55,970 bases of DNA from the NCBI GenBank assembly GCA_021777495.1, contig JAJYDL010000001.1, positions 1 through 55,970 on the forward strand, read 5' to 3'. The notes under the pieces were generated by a model. That model had not been told where the DNA came from, did not search any database, and saw only the letters and a list, made by a program, of their open reading frames with translations. Origin of the DNA: a bacterium (lineage in GTDB: Bacteria > Patescibacteriota > Minisyncoccia > UBA6257 > 2-01-FULL-56-20). The position numbers and the translations under genes are program-made. Shown in pieces: positions 39,563 through 48,489 of the stretch. Each line of letters begins with the position of its first letter. The stretch's first letter is position 1.

Positions 39563-41491
39563 CTATTTCACCACAAGATTGAACTGGCAGAAATTGGGAA
39601 GGATTTTTCCGTCGGCTTGCCGCTCTTTATATATGACGATCACCCCGTAGGAACCCGGCACCGTCGAGGGTGCCACGGTAAGACCGATCGTATCGATCCC
39701 GGGAGGTCCTCCCGGAACGATGGTTCCGGTCACGCCCGCGGGCAACGATCCGAGGGCCGTTTCGTAAAGCGGCGCGGTTATGGGCGCCGGGGGAGGAGGA
39801 GGCGCCGGGGGAGGATACGCCCTCCCCGAAGAGGCCGCCGATGAGCTTGGCAGAACTTCCGGCGGCGCCTGCACCACCATGGAAAGGACATACGATGCGC
39901 TTCCGCCGGGATATGCCGCGTTCGAGAACGGGGTAACCGAGCACTTCTGCTGCGCCGAGGGATCGAACACGCTCTGAAGCGCGTCCGCGGGCGCCGACGA
40001 GGATACGGAGGCGGACGACGAGCTTTGCGCGAACACCGTGCTTGTCGCGGCAGTCTGGGCGGTGTTCGGATCTATCGTCCCATTCGGCGCATCGGCGTAA
40101 TCCACCTCGACCCCCAAAGCATCGAGATACACCTTCGGGGAATCCGTGGCATTCAGTCCGACGAGCGCCACCTGAAGATGTTGGAGTTCCTGCCATGAAT
40201 AGATCGGAATAGGATAGCGCGCCGTCTGCCAATTTCCCGCGTTCACATCCGCGACCGGCTGCCACGTGACGCCATCCGTCGAATACATGATGGCGAGGAA
40301 ATCTCCCGGAGCTCCCGGCGGGAGGGTGATATTCTGAAATGCCGAGGTGTTCATGGTGATCGGCGCGGGCACGGTCGTCGTCGAAGGAACTCCTTCCGTA
40401 AGCGAAGATGTGGCGACGGTGGTGGTTGCTCCGTTCGTGAATATTCCCGTTGCGGTCGCCGTCGTCGTTGCGGCGGGCATTAACGCAGGCGAACGCGATG
40501 ATGACGAAGCAATCTGCGCGGCAGGGACGGACGACGCATTCTCCGCAAACGCGATCGGGAAAATATTGAAAAGCCAGGAGGTTCCGGACGAAGATGCTGT
40601 TGCGGGGGCGGGGGCGGGAGTGGGAGTGGGCGTTGGCGCGGGGGCGCTTGTTGGAGTAGCGGTATTCGTGCCTGCGGAAGGAGCGGTCGAGACCGGAGCG
40701 GGAGCGGCGGTTTGGGACATATCGGTGCTTGCGGAAGCAGGAGCGGAAGTCGAGGAAGAAGATACCACGACCGGGGCGGGAGTCGGAGCGGACGCGGACG
40801 TCGCCGTCGTACCGCTCGTCGTGGATGCCTGGCGCGGCGACTCCGTCGACGTCGACGTCGACGACGTGGGAGCGCGCTCCATGATCGTTGCTTCCGTCGA
40901 GCTTGCGGCGAAGGAACTGCTCGTACCGGAACCCTCGGCCGTCCCCGTCGCCGCGGATGATGCCTGAGTGGAGGTCGCGGTGGAGGTCGCGATAGGAACG
41001 GCCGCCGCCGAACCTCCTCCCCCGACGGAAGGAACGGGTGCAACGGCCGCATACCAGGAAAGGACGAGCGTCGCGGACCGGAACTGCTTCGCTTCAAGAT
41101 CCGCGATGTTCGTCTGTCCCGAGAAATTGCCGCAGAACATCTGCGCACCGCCCGTCGAGAATACCGCGGAATTGAGGGGGGTGAATGCCGATGCGGGCGA
41201 ACCGGGCGGAACGCTCGGCGCGCCGAGCGCGTTCTGCACGTTGTCCCACGAGCCGAGACACGACGAAGGATAGAAGTCGGCGGTGCTTGCGAACCCTATC
41301 ATGAAAGAATACGCGAACCCGCCCGCCGCCAAAACCCCGCACATCGCAAGAAACCACGCCTTATTCCTTTTCACGAATGCGCGGATGCTCCGCGCGCTTA
41401 TCTCGAACTGGACGCGGTACGTCCGTTCGCGGAGCATCACCGTCCCGCCCCGGGAGCGTGCGCGTATATCCGTAATCTTTTTCCGCTTCAT
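39563..41491 (-). CDS. Membrane-anchored Ser/Thr/Pro/Ala-rich surface protein
   Basis: One N-terminal TM; long low-complexity linkers; start overlaps the upstream stop (ATGA). Confidence 0.75.
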   Translation of the reverse strand: MKRKKITDIRARSRGGTVMLRERTYRVQFEISARSIRAFVKRNKAWFLAMCGVLAAGGFAYSFMIGFASTADFYPSSCLGSWDNVQNALGAPSVPPGSPASAFTPLNSAVFSTGGAQMFCGNFSGQTNIADLEAKQFRSATLVLSWYAAVAPVPSVGGGGSAAAVPIATSTATSTQASSAATGTAEGSGTSSSFAASSTEATIMERAPTSSTSTSTESPRQASTTSGTTATSASAPTPAPVVVSSSSTSAPASASTDMSQTAAPAPVSTAPSAGTNTATPTSAPAPTPTPTPAPAPATASSSGTSWLFNIFPIAFAENASSVPAAQIASSSSRSPALMPAATTTATATGIFTNGATTTVATSSLTEGVPSTTTVPAPITMNTSAFQNITLPPGAPGDFLAIMYSTDGVTWQPVADVNAGNWQTARYPIPIYSWQELQHLQVALVGLNATDSPKVYLDALGVEVDYADAPNGTIDPNTAQTAATSTVFAQSSSSASVSSSAPADALQSVFDPSAQQKCSVTPFSNAAYPGGSASYVLSMVVQAPPEVLPSSSAASSGRAYPPPAPPPPPAPITAPLYETALGSLPAGVTGTIVPGGPPGIDTIGLTVAPSTVPGSYGVIVIYKERQADGKILPNFCQFNLVVK

Positions 41492-43317
41492 CGCTTCTCT
41501 TCCTCCCCCTCGTTCAGCGCGCGATCGACGTCGTCGATCTCCTTCGCGATGGTCGATTCGGAGATCGCAAGCGCGTTCCTCATTGCATCGAGCACGTTTT
41601 CCGGCTCGAGTTTTATCTCCCCCTGCGCCGCCGCGGCTCCCCCCTCCATATGATTGATCTGATCGTCCACCTCCTCGCGCAGCGCCTCGAACACCGCCTT
41701 CGTCTTCTGGCGCACATCTTCGTTCTCCCGCCTCGCAAGCGAGACGTGGATGTCGTTTATCTTCTTCTTATAGAAGCCGTACGTCACAAGCCCGCCGATG
41801 AGCGAAAGGAGCAGGACGATGATGATCCATCCGAACCGGTCGAGGAACGGCGCCGCAAGGATGTCCATCGGCGCCGCCGCGGTCGTGCTTGCGAACGCGC
41901 CCTGCGTCGTGACCATCGATACGACGAGCGTGTATTTCCCTCCGGGAAGGCCGCCCTCCAGCGCATAGAGCCAGTGCCCCGTCGCGTCCGCCACCATCTT
42001 CCCCTCGGACACCGTCTTTCCGGTCGAATCATCGATATCAAGCGTCACGTTCGCGCCGCTGTCCGCGACGCCTTCGATCACGATGGGAGATTGCTCGACC
42101 GCCGCCGCCGGGAAGTTCGTGATCTCCGGGCTTCCGATGCCCGATATCTGGAACTGGCCGTCGGCCTCCGTACTGTTGCCCGCCTTGTCGACCGCGAAGA
42201 TCGCGACCGTGTGCTTGCCCGGCAGGAGCGGCGGGGCGGTATAGACCCCGCTCTGCAGATCGGACAGCGCGATCGTCGTCGATGCGCCTCCGTCGAACAC
42301 CGATTCGTAATGGTCCACGCCCGAAACCGTATCCGTCGCGTTGAACGCGATCGTCGTCCTCCCGGAGATCCCGGCGCCCGGCGTGATCGTAAGCGTGAAC
42401 GGCAGCGGGGGCGTGAGGTCGATCTGCACCGGCATGGTCATGGGGTCGCTCCAATCGCCGAGCGCATCCTCGAAGCGCACGTGGAAATACCATACGCCCT
42501 CCCCGATGTTTGAATATTGCTTGCTCGAAATGAGCCCTTCCGAAGTCCTTTTCGGATATGTATTGGGATTCTTGTCGAATGCCGTGCTCACTCCCGCAAT
42601 GTCGGGCGTCAGCTTCCATGAAAATGAAGGGTTCGGGTTGCTGTACCACTTCGTGGGATCGGGATGCGTCGGCGAGGCGATCGTCACCGAGGGCGTGAAC
42701 GAAGAAGGCGTGCTCGCGGGCTGGGATGCCTGCACCGACGATCCGCCGCCTCCCTGATTCGCCGAAGAAGCGGCCTGGTTCGCGGACGAAGGCGCCGGCG
42801 GCGCGGATGCCGTGAGGGTGAACGTGGCACCCGTCGTCCCCCCGAGAGCGCTCGTCCCCTGGCCATCCGCCGCAAGCGCGTCCGCGGATGCGAACTGGAG
42901 CGCCGCGCTCCCCGTCTTGAGGACTTTGAACGTGACGTCGAACACATCGCCGGCGTCCCCGGTGTAGGCGCTGTTGCTCCCCCCGCTGAAGTTCACCGTG
43001 CCGTCCGTGTTCGAGAACGAAGGGTCGCTCACCCAGAGATTGAATACCGAATTCCCCTTCGAGACGCTTTCCGCGGCGAGCAGCGTGGGATCGAACGTGA
43101 TCTTGCCGTCGGCGGCATTCACCCCCACGCCCCCTCCGCTCGCAAGCATGACGCTCACGGTGAACGTCTGTCCGACGGCATACGAACCGCTCGCCGGCGA
43201 GATGGATAACGACGCTCCGCCCGCGGCATTCGCCTGCGGCGGCGGAACGAGGAACGCCGCCGCAAGGAACGCGGCGGCGCATATGCTACTTGCCAGCCTG
43301 ATCCCTGGGTGTTTCAT
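41488..43317 (-). CDS. Membrane-anchored cohesin-domain protein with Ig domains and cytoplasmic coiled tail
   Basis: VGQTFTVSV...VNAADGKITFDPTLL; SPTHPDPTKWY; IDLTPP; TM near C-terminus. Confidence 0.82.
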   Translation of the reverse strand: MKHPGIRLASSICAAAFLAAAFLVPPPQANAAGGASLSISPASGSYAVGQTFTVSVMLASGGGVGVNAADGKITFDPTLLAAESVSKGNSVFNLWVSDPSFSNTDGTVNFSGGSNSAYTGDAGDVFDVTFKVLKTGSAALQFASADALAADGQGTSALGGTTGATFTLTASAPPAPSSANQAASSANQGGGGSSVQASQPASTPSSFTPSVTIASPTHPDPTKWYSNPNPSFSWKLTPDIAGVSTAFDKNPNTYPKRTSEGLISSKQYSNIGEGVWYFHVRFEDALGDWSDPMTMPVQIDLTPPLPFTLTITPGAGISGRTTIAFNATDTVSGVDHYESVFDGGASTTIALSDLQSGVYTAPPLLPGKHTVAIFAVDKAGNSTEADGQFQISGIGSPEITNFPAAAVEQSPIVIEGVADSGANVTLDIDDSTGKTVSEGKMVADATGHWLYALEGGLPGGKYTLVVSMVTTQGAFASTTAAAPMDILAAPFLDRFGWIIIVLLLSLIGGLVTYGFYKKKINDIHVSLARRENEDVRQKTKAVFEALREEVDDQINHMEGGAAAAQGEIKLEPENVLDAMRNALAISESTIAKEIDDVDRALNEGEEEKR

Positions 43318-43888
43318 CCGAAATTTCTTTAACCGAAAGCTTCTTTCCCTCTCCCGGACGTTTCGCGGGCAATACGATGCGGAGCACGCCCCGTTCAAGG
43401 GATGCGTCCGCCTCTCCGGCGTCGAACGGCGCGGGGAGATATACTTTCCGATACCACCTCTTCCACTTCGTCTCCTGTTTCACGTACCTTCCTTTTTCGT
43501 CCCGGTCGCCGTCCTTCGCTTCGGAAAGCGGAGGCGGCGCAGGGCGTTTCTGTTCCGCTTGGATCGTAAGCGTGTTCTCCTCCTCGCTCATCACGATCTC
43601 AAGACCGTCCCTTGCGACACCGGGCAGCTGCGCCACAATGACCATCCGCGCATCGGATTGAAAGAGGTCGATATCGAGAGGCTCCATCCCGTCGGGCGGG
43701 ACGTTGTCCGCCGGGTCCACCGCGATGGACACCGGAGGGGTTCCGGGGCGCTGCGATTGATCGACGCGCTCGCCGGTCGCCTTGAACGACGCCGTCCTCG
43801 AGGTCGCGGATGGCGCCGGCGCGGCGGGAACCGCATCGGGATTCACTTCGTTCAATTTGCTTTCGAGCTTCTGGTAGAACGAGAGCAT
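43286..43888 (-). CDS. Hsp20/alpha-crystallin family protein
   Basis: LDIDLFQ...AQLPGV...RKVYLP...ASLERGVLRIVLP. Confidence 0.88.
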   Translation of the reverse strand: MLSFYQKLESKLNEVNPDAVPAAPAPSATSRTASFKATGERVDQSQRPGTPPVSIAVDPADNVPPDGMEPLDIDLFQSDARMVIVAQLPGVARDGLEIVMSEEENTLTIQAEQKRPAPPPLSEAKDGDRDEKGRYVKQETKWKRWYRKVYLPAPFDAGEADASLERGVLRIVLPAKRPGEGKKLSVKEISDETPRDQAGK

Positions 43889-43925
43889 ATTATATCTAAG
43901 TATAGCACACCCTCCCGCCGCTTTT

Positions 43926-45620
43926 TCATCCCGTCCAGTTATACAGCATGATACTGAGGTCGGGGAGATCGATGACGCCGTCGCCGTTCAGGTCCCCCGG
44001 GGGCCATGCCTCCCCCCAGTGGAAGAGAAGAATGGAAAAGTCCACGAGATTCACTTTGCCGTCGCCGTTCAGGTCCCCCCTCCCTCTCGGTTTGGGGGCG
44101 GTGCCCACGCCAAGATAGGACACGCTCGAAAACGGACTCTCCGTATATGCGGGAAGGGACGATCTCGCTTTGATCTGATAGGTGTCGGTCGGGAATCCCG
44201 CGGTCGCAAGGCCGTAGGACCATGCCCCCGCCGCATCCGCGGTCGTGGTCGCCGTCACGGGAGCCTGCGCGCCGCTTTGGCTCGTCACCACGATCTCCAC
44301 CGTGGAGGATGGCTCGGCGACGCCCGATATCGTTGCGGTGCCGCCGATATTCACCGTACTTGTGGTAAAAGAGATCCCCGGCGGGAGCAGGATATTCGTG
44401 ATCCGGTTCGTCGTCCCGGAAATGAGCGTGATCGTTGCCGTATATGAGGCGATCGCGGCGCCGCCCGCGCCGTTCTCGACGAGCGTGAACGAATAGGTTC
44501 CCTCCGGCAACGGCGGAATGGTGACCGAAAAATTTCCCATACTGTCCGCGATCGTGGAAGCGCTCGGCAGCGAAACGCCGTCCTCAAGCACCGAGATGTT
44601 CACGTTCGGAAGCGCGACGCCCGAAATGGAAAGGGCCGGCTCCGAGGGGCCTGCGGGATACGGCGCACCACCTCCTCCCCCGCCGCCACCTCCGCCGCCT
44701 CCGGAATAGGATTGACCCGGCGTTCCGCCGCCCAGCCCGGTGCCCGTCGGATCTCCGGCGGCGAAAGAAATGACGTAATCGCTCGCATCCACGTTCCCCG
44801 TGAAGTCCTCGCAGCGCACATAGAACGTGTAGGTGGTCCCTTTGGTGATGCCCGTGATCGTCGTGTATTGAAATGTCCCCGTGTAATCGCTCGTGAATGT
44901 TCCCGTCATCGCGCCATAACTCACCCCGGAGGATGTCGCATATCGGCAGGTGGAATACGTATTGGTATCGAACGAAACGACCACGCCGAGCACGTTCGAA
45001 GGGATCGTTCCCGTCGGCAGGGCATTCGAAAGGACGGGCGGCGTGTTGCTGTATTGGTTCACGTCAACGCCGACCGCGGGGAGGATCGCCACCATCGCCG
45101 CACCGTAATCGATCGCGGCGCCTGCCGCCGTGTCCGTGTTGAGGAATATCCGGTAGGATGCCGTCGACGACGGATTGGTTATCTCATACCCCCCCGCCAT
45201 CCCGAGAACCACCTTCACGTACGCCCCCGCGGGGATCGCATTCCCCGACGGCATCGTAAGCATGATCGGCCCCGTTCCCGGCACGATGGACGCGCCCACA
45301 TTCGATGCGTTCGCGGAAGGCCCCACCGTCCACGGCACGAATCCCCCGGTCGGCGATGATGTGGAGACCGCAAATGAAATATCCGTATAGTTAAAGGAGG
45401 GATTGAGCGAGAACGCATCGTTTTCGAACGCAACAATTGCGGATCCCGATGCGGGAATGCCGCCGGGCACCCCGAACACAATCGTGTGGGTCGTCGGCCA
45501 TGAAGGACGCGAATCCCCGATCGTATCGCTCACGGGGGACATGACCGCGGCGCGGACAAACGAAGGAAAGGCGAACGCGCAGATCCATGCCGCCGCCGAA
45601 AACACCAGAAATCGTTTCAC
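43926..45620 (-). CDS. Secreted dockerin protein whose N-terminal domain resembles that of 47226..48359
   Basis: SDTIGDSRPS..THTIVF; Gly linker; Ig domains; duplicated DLNGDG dockerin ending in WTG. Confidence 0.88.
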   Translation of the reverse strand: MKRFLVFSAAAWICAFAFPSFVRAAVMSPVSDTIGDSRPSWPTTHTIVFGVPGGIPASGSAIVAFENDAFSLNPSFNYTDISFAVSTSSPTGGFVPWTVGPSANASNVGASIVPGTGPIMLTMPSGNAIPAGAYVKVVLGMAGGYEITNPSSTASYRIFLNTDTAAGAAIDYGAAMVAILPAVGVDVNQYSNTPPVLSNALPTGTIPSNVLGVVVSFDTNTYSTCRYATSSGVSYGAMTGTFTSDYTGTFQYTTITGITKGTTYTFYVRCEDFTGNVDASDYVISFAAGDPTGTGLGGGTPGQSYSGGGGGGGGGGGGAPYPAGPSEPALSISGVALPNVNISVLEDGVSLPSASTIADSMGNFSVTIPPLPEGTYSFTLVENGAGGAAIASYTATITLISGTTNRITNILLPPGISFTTSTVNIGGTATISGVAEPSSTVEIVVTSQSGAQAPVTATTTADAAGAWSYGLATAGFPTDTYQIKARSSLPAYTESPFSSVSYLGVGTAPKPRGRGDLNGDGKVNLVDFSILLFHWGEAWPPGDLNGDGVIDLPDLSIMLYNWTG

Positions 45621-45632
45621 CTTATTATGGTA

Positions 45633-46061
45633 TCACGCCGCGGTCGGCGTTTCCTTCCCCTGCTCAGGGCCTCCCCTCCATTCCCCGCGCTCGCGGCGCG
45701 CGCCAAGATGGAAACTGAGCCCCGCGAAAAACGCGAGGACCCCTATCACAACCATGAAATACCACGGTATCGCCGCGGGCGATGCGGATCCTCCCGTCGT
45801 CGTCGCGGATGCAAGCGCGGCCCTCTGCGCCGCAAGGTCGGCGGCCTCCATATCGAGCTGGGTCTTCTCCTGGCTCAACTGCGCATTCAAAGTATTGTAG
45901 GGATTCGGCGCGACGCCCACGACCACGCCCACCTGCGCGAGCATGCTCTTCGCCGGAGCAAATCCTTCCGGCATGCGCGCGATCATAAATATGCTTCCGG
46001 CGACGACCGTTGCGGCCGCCGCCATGAGCATCGTTCCCATCCTTCCTTTTGGCATGTTCAT
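45633..46061 (-). CDS. Small 2-TM protein with coiled segment
   Basis: TM, VGVVVGVAPNPYNTLNAQL, helix, TM. Confidence 0.7.
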   Translation of the reverse strand: MNMPKGRMGTMLMAAAATVVAGSIFMIARMPEGFAPAKSMLAQVGVVVGVAPNPYNTLNAQLSQEKTQLDMEAADLAAQRAALASATTTGGSASPAAIPWYFMVVIGVLAFFAGLSFHLGARRERGEWRGGPEQGKETPTAA

Positions 46062-46074
46062 GCCGGGAAAACCG

Positions 46075-47178
46075 CTATCCGAAGAAGAAGAACAGGATCA
46101 TCAGGAATATGACCGCGAATACCACCGTCGCCACGAGTATGAAGATGAGGCGCGAGAACGGAAGCCTCCCTTCGGCGAGAAGACGCTCCTCGGCGGAGAC
46201 CGATGCCGCGGCACCCTGACGTCCGTCGGTCATTGCCGCGATCTTCTTTCTTACATACGCCCGCACGCCCCAGATGAAGCCGAACACGACAAGCAGGAGG
46301 ATGATGAGGAGCGCGAGGATCGGCACGATGGGGATGATCCAGAACGAGGTTTCCTGGGACACCGTCTTTTGGGCATTGTCTCCGTAGGTGAGCGACATCA
46401 CCGCATCGAACCGTCCCATCATGAACCCTCCGCTCGTCCAATTCACCGTGAACGTCCGGTCCTGGCCCGGGAAAATGGCATCGTTAGAATCGTTCATGAT
46501 GACCGTCCCCACCTTCTGCCCGAACATGTTCGTAATATCGATCGGGCCGCGCGGGCGAAGCAAAACGTTTCCGGTGTCGGCGACGTCCGCCCCGAACGTC
46601 ACGTTCGCGTTCTGATAGAGGCCCTTGTCCGTCGAGAACGAGCGGATCTCCGCCGTCTCATTCGCCTGTCCCGCAATCCTGAAGTCGAGAAGCGAGCCGA
46701 CCTGGTAGCCGATGCCGGTTCCCGTGAACTCCGGACGCGTTGCGCCGTAGGTCACGAAAATGGCGCCATAGTGGCCGCCGGGGGCGGCAGTCGAGGGGAC
46801 GTTCACGGTGAAGGGCACCGTCACGGATCCTCCCGCAGGAATGGTGATGGTGGGATTCTGCACGCTTACCCACGAACTTATCCCGTATTCGGGAACCGAG
46901 GAACTGGTGAATTCCGGCTCTCCGCCGCTATTAAGGCCCGATATGTCCTTCACGCTCACGGTGTAGGTGCGCGACACGGCATCCGGATTCGTGACGGTGA
47001 TCGAGGTGGAGAACTTATCGCCGGGATTCACGATCTGCTGGAAGATCGCGGGCTGAACTTTGACTCCCGTCGCGTCGGCGCCCGGAGTCCCGGGGGCGGA
47101 CTGCGCAAATGCAATTCCTCCGATAAGGACCGCGGCGGCCATGCCGGCGAGGACCGCTCCCCATGCCTTTTTCTTCAT
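46075..47178 (-). CDS. DUF916/WxL-interacting-like membrane-anchored protein
   Basis: GVKVQPA...ITVTN...SSWV...VPFTVNVP..AAPGGHYGAIF; TGNVLLRPRG; FWIIP plus TM. Confidence 0.8.
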   Translation of the reverse strand: MKKKAWGAVLAGMAAAVLIGGIAFAQSAPGTPGADATGVKVQPAIFQQIVNPGDKFSTSITVTNPDAVSRTYTVSVKDISGLNSGGEPEFTSSSVPEYGISSWVSVQNPTITIPAGGSVTVPFTVNVPSTAAPGGHYGAIFVTYGATRPEFTGTGIGYQVGSLLDFRIAGQANETAEIRSFSTDKGLYQNANVTFGADVADTGNVLLRPRGPIDITNMFGQKVGTVIMNDSNDAIFPGQDRTFTVNWTSGGFMMGRFDAVMSLTYGDNAQKTVSQETSFWIIPIVPILALLIILLLVVFGFIWGVRAYVRKKIAAMTDGRQGAAASVSAEERLLAEGRLPFSRLIFILVATVVFAVIFLMILFFFFG

Positions 47179-47225
47179 TACATGCATCGTATCATGCCCC
47201 GACGCGCCCTTTCAAGCCGGATGGC

Positions 47226-48359
47226 TTAGAAGGTCGGCGTTGCAACGTAGATCAGGTTGTTCGTGTAGTCGTTCGCGGCAGGCTGCAGCGTACCGATCTC
47301 GATGCGGTAGGCGACCTTCGCGGTGCCCACGTTCTGCGTCGTGCCGTCGGCGGGACCGTTCCATGCGAACACGGTGAGCGTGGATGTCGGATTGATGCTT
47401 CCGGCGTAGAGCGGCGTGCTCGTGCCGAAGCTCGGTGCGCCCACGAGAGAACTGCTTGCGTCATCGCTTGTCACGCCGAGATGGCCGTATGTCGCAGGCT
47501 GGTTGATGATGTTGCTCGGCGCAGCCCACGGACTCGGCGTGGACGTGGCGTTGCCGTTATCGAAAAGATGGATGGTGTTCCCCGTCTGGCTCGTAAGGTC
47601 CTGGTCCTCGTGGACCGTCACCGCAAAGCCGTTCGCGGCGTTCGTCGTCACATACAACTGCTGTCCAAGCTCGGCGTGGGTGTTCGGCGAGATGATGCCG
47701 AAGGGAACCGTGGTAGAAGTGGATGCCCCCGTCGTCGTCGCGCCGTTCCCGAGCGTCGTGGATGTCGCAAGCCCCGCCACCGTGAAGGTGAAGGTTGTGG
47801 CGACCGCAGCCGTCACATTGACCCCGTTCACGATCGCGACACGGGTTGCCGCGGAATTCGCCCCCGCCGCAACGTTTATCACATAGGATCCGGTGCTCGT
47901 CGGGTTCGTGATCGTATTATTCAAAACCTTAAGGGTGACCGTTCCTGCGGGGATGGTCGCACCGCCGCAGACGGTGAATACGAGCGAATTCGTGGTGGTT
48001 GCCAGGCTTACGTTGGTACCTCCGTTGCTGCAGGTATATCCGGCAATGGTCATTCCCGTGGAGGTAACATCCGCAATCACTACTCCTCCTACGTTGCCGA
48101 ATGCACTCGTCGTGGGATCGAATGTATAGGTGATCGTCTGACCGCTTACGGTACTCGTCGAATCGGTGAACGCTATTGTGTGGTTCGCCGCAAACCCCGG
48201 GCGGGAATCGGACAATGTGTCGCTCACTGAGGTAAGGCTCACCGCGTGGGCCGTGCTTATGAAGCGAAGCATCGTGCTCCACGAAACGAGGCTTACGATC
48301 AAGCCTGCCGCGACCGCGATTACGACATCACGTTTTATCATCGTCCTTTTGCTGAACAT
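47226..48359 (-). CDS. Secreted two-domain WxL/pilin-like protein (candidate major subunit)
   Basis: Signal peptide; SDTLSDSRP domain; VPFG...VTTNAANGF...YRIEI..LQPAANDYTNNLIYVATPTF. Confidence 0.78.
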   Translation of the reverse strand: MFSKRTMIKRDVVIAVAAGLIVSLVSWSTMLRFISTAHAVSLTSVSDTLSDSRPGFAANHTIAFTDSTSTVSGQTITYTFDPTTSAFGNVGGVVIADVTSTGMTIAGYTCSNGGTNVSLATTTNSLVFTVCGGATIPAGTVTLKVLNNTITNPTSTGSYVINVAAGANSAATRVAIVNGVNVTAAVATTFTFTVAGLATSTTLGNGATTTGASTSTTVPFGIISPNTHAELGQQLYVTTNAANGFAVTVHEDQDLTSQTGNTIHLFDNGNATSTPSPWAAPSNIINQPATYGHLGVTSDDASSSLVGAPSFGTSTPLYAGSINPTSTLTVFAWNGPADGTTQNVGTAKVAYRIEIGTLQPAANDYTNNLIYVATPTF

Positions 48360-48448
48360 GGGATACTCTTTATTGAAAGAGGGGTTTGCTTTTTTATTCG
48401 ACTTGTATTCATTCTATCACAACAGGTTGTCCCCATTACAAGGGGTAC

Positions 48449-48457
48449 TTATCCACA
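48449..48457 (+). promoter_or_regulatory. DnaA-box consensus upstream of the candidate major subunit
   Basis: TTATCCACA. Confidence 0.5.
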
Positions 48458-48489
48458 GGCACTGAAGAGCGTGCACACTCCGCCCGCGA

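Noticed and set aside
28179..45620. Cellulosome
   Set aside because: Single cohesins on membrane anchors; the dockerin proteins carry no recognisable glycoside hydrolase domains
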